From an uncultured Candidatus Saccharibacteria bacterium (GTDB lineage: Bacteria; Patescibacteriota; Minisyncoccia; UBA6257), in the NCBI GenBank assembly GCA_964441595.1, contig CAYTXM010000002.1, positions 1-37,183 of the forward strand: a stretch of DNA of 37,183 nucleotides, in the 5' to 3' direction. A program made the position numbers and the translations under genes. This document shows, piece by piece, positions 1 through 6,038 of the stretch. Each line of letters opens with the position of its first letter. Within the stretch, counting starts at the first letter, position 1. The notes under the pieces are model-generated. The model was not told the origin of the DNA. It did not search any database and was given only the letters and a program-made list of their open reading frames with translations.

Positions 1-367
1 TTCTTAAAACCTCAACTTCATGCTTAACCACTTTTTTCAATTCTTTTAAAGCGTTTGAGGTTCTGTTTTCCTGAATAAACCCAACAGTAGTATCCATAAA
101 CACTGCAGCCCAAATAACAATAGCATCAGCAAATTCTCTTAAAAACAAGGTAACAATTCCAGCGGCTATTAGAATATAAACAAAGGAGTTATGAAACTGC
201 TCCAAATATATTTTTAATTTTGATAATGGCTTTTCTTCAGGAAGCTTGTTTTTGCCAAATTCTTTTTGACGAATTTTTATTTCTTCATCAGATAATCCTT
301 GTTTTAAATCTGAATTCAACACTTGCAATGCTTCTTGCCAAGAAAGACTGTGCCACATTCTGTTCAT
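1..367 (-). CDS. P-type cation-transporting ATPase, N-terminal fragment; the gene continues past the left edge
   Basis: Not in the supplied ORF track. My own reverse translation from the ATG at 367-365 stays open to position 1. It reads MNRMWHSLSWQEALQVLNSDLKQGLSDEEIKIRQKEFGKNKLPEEKPLSKLKIYLEQFHNSFVYILIAAGIVTLFLREFADAIVIWAAVFMDTTVGFIQENRTSNALKELKK... This matches the Cation_ATPase_N segment plus TM1/TM2 and the QExRAxxAL-like stretch of P2-type ATPases. Confidence 0.8.
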   Translation of the reverse strand, partial: MNRMWHSLSWQEALQVLNSDLKQGLSDEEIKIRQKEFGKNKLPEEKPLSKLKIYLEQFHNSFVYILIAAGIVTLFLREFADAIVIWAAVFMDTTVGFIQENRTSNALKELKKVVKHEVEVLR

Positions 368-374
368 TAATATT

Positions 375-403
375 ATTTTACTATCATTTTGTAGCATTCA
401 CAA
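375..403 (-). promoter_or_regulatory. Candidate sigma70-type promoter for the ATPase gene, possibly giving a leaderless mRNA
   Basis: Minus strand reads TTGTGA (403-398), a 17-nt spacer, TAAAAT (380-375), then 7 nt to the ATG at 367. AT-rich background makes chance matches common. Confidence 0.3.
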
Positions 404-436
404 ACAAAATTTTAGATTGGGCAGTAAATAAGAACA

Positions 437-445
437 TGATATACT
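437..445 (+). promoter_or_regulatory. Candidate extended -10 promoter for rlmE, possibly giving a leaderless mRNA
   Basis: TGaTATACT at 437-445, then 7 nt (TAATATA) to the ATG at 453. The -35 is weak (TTGGGC, 417-422). Confidence 0.3.
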
Positions 446-452
446 TAATATA

Positions 453-1058
453 ATGTATAAGCCTCAAGATCATTATTTTAAAAAAGCAAAAAAAGAAGGC
501 TATCCAGCCCGTTCAGTTTATAAATTAAAAGAAATTGACGAAAGATTTCATATTTTTAAGCCAGGAAATCTAGTTCTAGATCTTGGCTGTTTTCCTGGGT
601 CTTGGCTGCTTTATGTTGAAAAAATTATTCAACCTAATGGAAAAGTTATAGGAGTGGATTTGAAGCCAATTACTGTTTCTAGTTCAGCTATTTTCCTTCA
701 AAAAGACATCTTTGAATTAAAAACCGAAGAGATCCAAAATTTACTTAAAAAAAATAATCTTCCAGATAAATTTGATGTGATTATTTCTGATCTTGCACCA
801 GCTACTTCTGGAATTAAAGATGTTGATTGTGAACGTTCTCTTCAATTAATAAAAAAAGCATTTTCTTTTATTCCTCCTTTATTAAAAAAAGAAGGCTCTT
901 TTGTTTGTAAAGCCTTTGAAAGTAATGATGTTCATTTCTTAGCTAAAAAAGTATCTTCCCTTTTTAAATTCTTTAAAATGTTCAGACCAAAAGCAACACG
1001 CAAGAGAAGTAAAGAAGTATTCGTTGTTTTGTTGGGCTGGCGGGGAATTAGGAATTAG
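453..1058 (+). CDS. rlmE: 23S rRNA (uridine-2'-O)-methyltransferase RlmE/FtsJ
   Basis: 201 aa. N-terminus YFKKAKKEGYPARSVYKLKEIDERF and SAM motif LDLGCFPGSWLLY are the FtsJ/RlmE signature. The DLAP and K..F.P regions are also present. Confidence 0.9.
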   Translation: MYKPQDHYFKKAKKEGYPARSVYKLKEIDERFHIFKPGNLVLDLGCFPGSWLLYVEKIIQPNGKVIGVDLKPITVSSSAIFLQKDIFELKTEEIQNLLKKNNLPDKFDVIISDLAPATSGIKDVDCERSLQLIKKAFSFIPPLLKKEGSFVCKAFESNDVHFLAKKVSSLFKFFKMFRPKATRKRSKEVFVVLLGWRGIRN

Positions 1059-1239
1059 AAATTTTTATTGCTTCTACAGGGCAAGAATCAATTACTTTTT
1101 TAATACAATCTTTGTGTTTTTTAAAATCAACTTTTTCTTTCACTTTTGATTTTCCGTCTTTTAATTCAAAAACCTCGGGGCAAAGGCGAATACATACTTT
1201 GCAACCGAGGCATTTTTGTTTGTCAACTTTTATTTTCAT
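1048..1239 (-). CDS. Small single-cluster 4Fe-4S ferredoxin
   Basis: 63 aa with CLGCKVCIRLCP plus a distal CP (DSCPVEAI), the pattern of mono-cluster ferredoxins. Its 3' end overlaps the rlmE 3' end by 11 nt, convergently. Confidence 0.8.
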   Translation of the reverse strand: MKIKVDKQKCLGCKVCIRLCPEVFELKDGKSKVKEKVDFKKHKDCIKKVIDSCPVEAIKISNS

Positions 1240-1245
1240 AAAAAA

Positions 1246-1437
1246 TTAAATAATCGTCTTAGAAAGACGCTTACGACATTTAGTACAAGCTTTTACTCTT
1301 TTACCGTCTGGCATTCTAAACCATTGCAGATTAGGATACTGGCGATGCTTAGCAACTGGATTATAAGCTGACTTCACTTTTTTGTATTTTGTAGCGATTT
1401 GATATGTTTTACCGCAAATTGAGCAAACTCGTGACAT
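1246..1437 (-). CDS. rpmB: 50S ribosomal protein L28
   Basis: MSRVCSICGK...NPVAKHRQYPNLQW matches the L28 N-terminal signature (MSRVCxxxGK ... PNLQ). I start at the ATG at 1437 (MSRVC) rather than the track start at 1455. Confidence 0.85.
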   Translation of the reverse strand: MSRVCSICGKTYQIATKYKKVKSAYNPVAKHRQYPNLQWFRMPDGKRVKACTKCRKRLSKTII

Positions 1438-1502
1438 AATAGTAATAATTAACAATTAATAACTAAAAAATAACAGAAGATGAGAAGATGTTGTTGAGAG
1501 TG

Positions 1503-1646
1503 TAAATAGCGGGTCCTACCCGCAATTAAGGTCGAATCAGCTAGTAGTAAAGTGGGTGCTCGCGCTTTTGACCAACAGGACGAAAGACATTGAGCTCCCT
1601 AATAAAACCAACTTGTCCTGAATCGTTCCTTAATCCGGCAAGACCC
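1503..1646 (-). ncRNA. Candidate structured RNA: either a stand-alone sRNA with 6S-like architecture or a structured rpmB leader. Identity and strand are not established.
   Basis: It sits in a 212-nt gap in an otherwise gap-free operon. My hand count gives 70 G+C in 150 nt (1501-1650), against visibly AT-rich flanks. Nested helices are 1525-1540/1618-1636 (7 bp + 8 bp) and 1554-1561/1592-1599, flanking a 13/18-nt unpaired bubble. A GCGGGU-AGG-ACCCGC hairpin (1523-1509) is followed by UAUUU in the minus sense. An extended -10, TGcTAGAAT (1660-1652, minus), lies 7 nt before the GGG onset. One G.U pair (1569/1582) would favour the plus strand, so the strand is uncertain. Confidence 0.4.
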
Positions 1647-1667
1647 AATGTATTCTAGCACAAATAT

Positions 1668-3077
1668 TTAAGATTTTAAAGTCTTAATGTGGAGATCTTT
1701 TAATTGCTTCTCGTCCACTTCTGCCGGCGCATTCATCATTAAATCCCTGCCATCCCCAGTTTTAGGAAAGGCAATTACTTCCCTAATACTTGGTTCATTT
1801 TCTAAAATCATTACAATTCTATCAAGTCCTAATGCAATACCTCCATGAGGAGGAACTCCATATTCAAACGCTCCTATTAAATGGCCAAATTTTTCTGTAA
1901 TGTCTTCTTTTTTATGGCCTAATATTTCAAAAATAGCTTCTAATAATTTTGATTCATGAATCCTTAAAGAACCGCCTCCAATCTCATAACCATTTAAAAC
2001 AAAATCATATTGGTCGGCAAATGGCTTGCCTGGATCTTTTTTTATTCTTTCAATCAATTGTTCTGCTGTTTCATCTTTTTCTAATTTAGGCCTTGTAAAT
2101 GGATGATGAACAGCTCCCCATTTTTTCTCTTCTTTTTTTAATTCAAAAAGAGGAAAATCAACAACAAAAGCAAAGGCCAATTCATTTGGATCGTTTTTAT
2201 CTTTTCTCAAATCAGGTTTATCTGATTTATATTTTTCCATTGCGTCTTTATAACTAATACGCGGGAAGGGAAATTCTTGAATTTTTTTATCGGGATAAAT
2301 TTTTTCAACTAATTGTTTAAACAAATTCTCTATTAAGCTCAAAATATCTTCCTGCGTTGGAAAATCCATTTCCAAATCTAATTGGGTAAATTCAGGTTGT
2401 CTGTCGCCGCGCGTGTCTTCGTCCCGAAAACAACGGGCAATTTGGAAATATCTTTCAACACCAGCCACCATTAAAAGCTGCTTATATTGCTGGGGACTTT
2501 GCGGTAGAGCGTAAAATTTTCCAGGATCTAAACGGGAAGGAACAATATAATCACGAGCTCCTTCTGGAGTAGATTTAGTTAAAATAGGCGTTTCCACTTC
2601 TAAAAAACCGTCATCTGAAAGAAAATCGCGAATAAACTTGATTATTTTATGCCTAAAAACAATATTTTTACTCAAACGCTCGCGACGCAAATCCAAATAT
2701 CTATATTTCAAGCGTACCTCTTCCTTAACATCCTTACCATCAGTTGATAAATCAAATGGCGGAGTTAAAGCTTGACTTAATATTTTTAATTCAGTCGCTT
2801 CAATCTCTATAGAACCTGTTGGCATTTTAGGATTTTCCATTGATTTGGGACGGGCTTTGACAATGCCTTTTATCTCTACAACCCATTCTGCGCGAAGGTT
2901 GCCACTTAATTTATAAGTTTCTTTTTTATCTGGAGAAAAAACAACTTGTACTTTTCCTGTTTTGTCGCGTAAATCAATAAAAATAATCTTCCCGTGGTCT
3001 CTACGGGAATCTACCCAGCCATAAAGGGTTATTTCTTTATTAATATGTTGTGGAATATCTTTTATCCAAAGGCGCAT
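1668..3077 (-). CDS. aspS: Aspartyl-tRNA synthetase, bacterial type but lacking the GAD insertion domain
   Basis: 469 aa. Contains an OB anticodon domain, class II motif 2 (QSPQQYKQLLMVAGVERYFQIARCFRDEDTRGDRQPEFTQLDLEM) and motif 3 (GGIALGLDRIVM). Confidence 0.9.
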   Translation of the reverse strand: MRLWIKDIPQHINKEITLYGWVDSRRDHGKIIFIDLRDKTGKVQVVFSPDKKETYKLSGNLRAEWVVEIKGIVKARPKSMENPKMPTGSIEIEATELKILSQALTPPFDLSTDGKDVKEEVRLKYRYLDLRRERLSKNIVFRHKIIKFIRDFLSDDGFLEVETPILTKSTPEGARDYIVPSRLDPGKFYALPQSPQQYKQLLMVAGVERYFQIARCFRDEDTRGDRQPEFTQLDLEMDFPTQEDILSLIENLFKQLVEKIYPDKKIQEFPFPRISYKDAMEKYKSDKPDLRKDKNDPNELAFAFVVDFPLFELKKEEKKWGAVHHPFTRPKLEKDETAEQLIERIKKDPGKPFADQYDFVLNGYEIGGGSLRIHESKLLEAIFEILGHKKEDITEKFGHLIGAFEYGVPPHGGIALGLDRIVMILENEPSIREVIAFPKTGDGRDLMMNAPAEVDEKQLKDLHIKTLKS

Positions 3078-3115
3078 AATGTTTTTATTGTATAATAAAA
3101 AGTAATATTAGGCAA

Positions 3116-3940
3116 CTATTTGACTTTAAAACTGATTGTACCGTCTAAATCAACACGGAAGATTTGAGCGCCAATGTTTTTTAAACGCTCAAGCGTGTCA
3201 GGATGAGGATGCCCATAACTATTTTCCCCTACTTCAATAATCGCTATCTGAGGTTTAAATTTTTCTAAAAACTGCGTAGAAGACGAATAGCGGGAACCAT
3301 GATGGGGCACTTTTAATATCCGAGAATTATTATCGGGACAAGAAAGTAAAGGCAATATTTTCTTTTCTTGGGCAAAGCCAATATCCCCGGTAAAAAGAAA
3401 ACAATTTTGTCCTAAAAATAATATGTCAACCGAACTAAATTTATTAGGATCTTGCTTAGAAGAAACCATTGTATCTGGATAAAGAAATAAAAGATTATCT
3501 TGATTTTCCCAGCTTATATTTACACCAGCTATTCCTTTAATTATTAATATTCTTCTTTTATTTAATTCTTTGAGTAGTTTTTGAAATAAAGAATTGGAAT
3601 AAGATAAATTATTAAACATTACAGCTCTAACTTTATATCTCTCTAATATATCAAACAAACCATTAAAATGGTCTTTATTAGGATGAGAAAGTATAAATAA
3701 ATCAATTGTTCTATCATAAAAGGGCAGTAATTTATCCAATTCAGGAAGAATCTTCGCGCCAGGACCAGCATCAATTAAAATATTACCTCCTGGTATTTGA
3801 ACAAATTCAGCATCACCTTGTCCAACAGATAAAAAACTGACCTCGCCCTTGGGTGTATAAAGAAAATCAAAAATAATGCAATAAGTGAAAATATTGGCGC
3901 AAATGAGTATTAATAAAAAATATTTAAAAGGTTTTTTCAT
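3116..3940 (-). CDS. Metallo-beta-lactamase-fold protein, the ComEC C-terminal nuclease-like domain, with its own N-terminal signal anchor
   Basis: 274 aa. N-terminal hydrophobic helix YFLLILICANIFTYCIIF, then LSVGQGDAEFVQ, ILSHPNKDHFNGL, VPHHGS and HPHPDTLERL as in the ComEC/Rec2 Lactamase_B domain. An ATGA overlap (3940-3937) joins it to the upstream comEC stop. Confidence 0.8.
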   Translation of the reverse strand: MKKPFKYFLLILICANIFTYCIIFDFLYTPKGEVSFLSVGQGDAEFVQIPGGNILIDAGPGAKILPELDKLLPFYDRTIDLFILSHPNKDHFNGLFDILERYKVRAVMFNNLSYSNSLFQKLLKELNKRRILIIKGIAGVNISWENQDNLLFLYPDTMVSSKQDPNKFSSVDILFLGQNCFLFTGDIGFAQEKKILPLLSCPDNNSRILKVPHHGSRYSSSTQFLEKFKPQIAIIEVGENSYGHPHPDTLERLKNIGAQIFRVDLDGTISFKVK

Positions 3941-5343
3941 TGTTTTTTATAAATATATGAAAAAAGAAATATATAATAAGGAATGATGAGCCAATGTAAT
4001 ATTGAAGGAATATAAATTTGCGACCAAGATAAAAAAGAAAATAATGAAATAATTTTTAAAAAATAAGCAAGAATTAAATTAAGCAAAGATCCGAGAAAAA
4101 GCCCTATTGGATAAAACAATAAAGAGGAGATCGCTACTGTCGCTCCGCCTGCCATTACCAAAGGAACTAAAGGAAGAATTAAAAAATTTGTAATTGGAGC
4201 AACTAGAGAAAAAACCTGCATTTTAAATATTACCCAAGGAATAACAAATGTTAAAGCTGAAAATGTAGAAAGGACTGTTTCTCTAATAATCTGCCCTTTC
4301 TTATTAAAAAAATCCCGTTGCCAAAATTCACTTTCTTTCCATATAGGATAAAGAAAAATTATCCCCGCAGTGGCTAAAAACGAAAGTTGAAAACCCAAGT
4401 CCCAAAAAAGAACCAGAGGATTTAACCAGATCATTATCACAGCAGCTAAAAGCAAAGCATTAAAAGAATTGTAAAGACGAAAACTAAAACGGGATAAAAT
4501 CAATAAAAATGCCATAATGGCAGCTCTAATAATAGACGGCGTTAAACCTGCCATAAAAGCAAACCCCAGTATAAATAAAAAAGAAACAACAAAATTAACA
4601 GAATTACTTAGATATAAAACATCCAGGAATCCAGAAAGCGCTTTTACTATTATTGATAAATGAAGACCAGACGCAACAATAACATGAGACAAACCGCACT
4701 TTCTTATTTGCTCTTCTAAAACAGAAGTTAAATTATTTTTAGCGCCAAACATTAAACTAATAAGAAGGCTGGATTTAGGTTCAGGAATTATTTTTTGTAA
4801 AGATGATGTAATTTTGTTTTTTACGAATAAAGCTGCCTTTCTTAAAGAAAATTTAGCTGGGAAAAAAAGTTCAATTGAAGGATAGCTCATTTTTCCAGAA
4901 ACAATTATTGAACTGTATGAACGAAAATCAGAAAAAGGATTAACTTTGCCTTTAATATTAATAATATCTCCATAATGATAACGGGGATATCTATCTGTAT
5001 AAACAACAATTTTTGGGATAATAATTCTTTGATAATTTTCTTTTAAAACAGGTTCGGCGATAATTGGAGCTTTTATTTCTATTTGCGCCTCCTCAAAAAT
5101 CGCGGTATTTTTTAATTCCTTAAAAACAGCAAAATATCGATATGTGCCTAAAAATAAACTTAATAAAACTAAAATTAAAACAATAAATTCTTTTTTCCTT
5201 TTAATAAAATAAGCGCAAATTAAAAAAGTAAAAAAACAAATTACCTGCAAGAAAAAAGATGGATTAACAAAGTAAGATAAAACTACACCAATTAAAAAAG
5301 ACGCCCCGCATTGGCGAAATATTTTTGAAGAGGAGAGCGTCAT
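3937..5343 (-). CDS. comEC: ComEC/Rec2 DNA-uptake channel protein (DUF4131/OB plus Competence domains only)
   Basis: 468 aa, polytopic. Contains the core Competence-domain motif LLISLMFGAKNNL...CGLSHVIVASGLHLSIIV. An ATGA overlap joins it to the nrdG stop at 5343-5340. Confidence 0.85.
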   Translation of the reverse strand: MTLSSSKIFRQCGASFLIGVVLSYFVNPSFFLQVICFFTFLICAYFIKRKKEFIVLILVLLSLFLGTYRYFAVFKELKNTAIFEEAQIEIKAPIIAEPVLKENYQRIIIPKIVVYTDRYPRYHYGDIINIKGKVNPFSDFRSYSSIIVSGKMSYPSIELFFPAKFSLRKAALFVKNKITSSLQKIIPEPKSSLLISLMFGAKNNLTSVLEEQIRKCGLSHVIVASGLHLSIIVKALSGFLDVLYLSNSVNFVVSFLFILGFAFMAGLTPSIIRAAIMAFLLILSRFSFRLYNSFNALLLAAVIMIWLNPLVLFWDLGFQLSFLATAGIIFLYPIWKESEFWQRDFFNKKGQIIRETVLSTFSALTFVIPWVIFKMQVFSLVAPITNFLILPLVPLVMAGGATVAISSLLFYPIGLFLGSLLNLILAYFLKIISLFSFLSWSQIYIPSILHWLIIPYYIFLFSYIYKKQ

Positions 5344-6035
5344 CTTATATTACACTTGGGAAAATACGGTTTTATTTTTTTTAATAGTTGCTTTGTCCTG
5401 TGCTCTGTCCACGGTTGAGCATTTTTGAATTTTTCATCCAAAACTTTGCCTTTCTGAAAACGCTGAAGATAATAATGAGGAGCGGATTTTATCCATTCAA
5501 CAATAGCTAAAATATCCTTCTCATCTAAAATATCAGAAACCAAGGTTGTTCTAAATTCGTAATAAACTTTATCTTTCTTTAATAATTCTATACTTTTATC
5601 AATTTTTTCTATAATCTTCTCATCTTCGCTAAAAATTTCATACTTTTCTTTTGGTGCTTTTATATCCATCGCAACATAATCTATCAACTGTTTTTCAATT
5701 AAATTATTTAAAACATCCGGATAGGAACCGTTTGTATCTAATTTTATTAGAAATCCCAATTTCTTTACCTTTTTTATGAAATCAACTAAATCAGGCTGAA
5801 TAGTAGGCTCCCCTCCAGTAATACATAATCCCTCTAATAATTTATGGCGTTCTTTTAAAAAATCAAGAACTTCCTTTTCTGTAATTTTTGGCTGTTTTTT
5901 TATCAATTCTGGCAAAACTAATTCTGGATTATGGCAATATGGACAACGAAAATTACAACCAGCAGTAAAAACAGTAGCTGCTACTTTTCCCGGATAATCA
6001 ACTAAAGTTGTCCTTTGTAAACCGCCAAACAACAT
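5340..6035 (-). CDS. nrdG: Anaerobic ribonucleoside-triphosphate reductase activating protein (radical SAM)
   Basis: 231 aa. CNFRCPYCHN radical-SAM cluster motif near the N-terminus, and a GGEP motif. Located directly downstream of nrdD. Confidence 0.85.
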   Translation of the reverse strand: MLFGGLQRTTLVDYPGKVAATVFTAGCNFRCPYCHNPELVLPELIKKQPKITEKEVLDFLKERHKLLEGLCITGGEPTIQPDLVDFIKKVKKLGFLIKLDTNGSYPDVLNNLIEKQLIDYVAMDIKAPKEKYEIFSEDEKIIEKIDKSIELLKKDKVYYEFRTTLVSDILDEKDILAIVEWIKSAPHYYLQRFQKGKVLDEKFKNAQPWTEHRTKQLLKKIKPYFPKCNIR

Positions 6036-6038
6036 AAT

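Noticed and set aside
220-453. 77-aa plus-strand ORF at the left end of the track
   Set aside because: It lies antisense to the clearly recognisable P-type ATPase N-terminus (1-367, minus) and then runs through the divergent promoter spacer. The sequence is low-complexity and Phe/Leu-rich with no motif. I treat it as a shadow ORF.
1503-1646. Assigning the GC-rich RNA candidate specifically to SRP (4.5S/scRNA) RNA, a tRNA, or a second tmRNA
   Set aside because: CCGGAUUAAGGAACGA superficially resembles the SRP CCGGAAGGAAGCA. However, that segment pairs in a long-range helix instead of forming the GNRA-capped helix 8. The GGUCGAAUC and GCUGAUUCGAC strings lack flanking T-stem or acceptor complementarity. 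I therefore leave the RNA unassigned.
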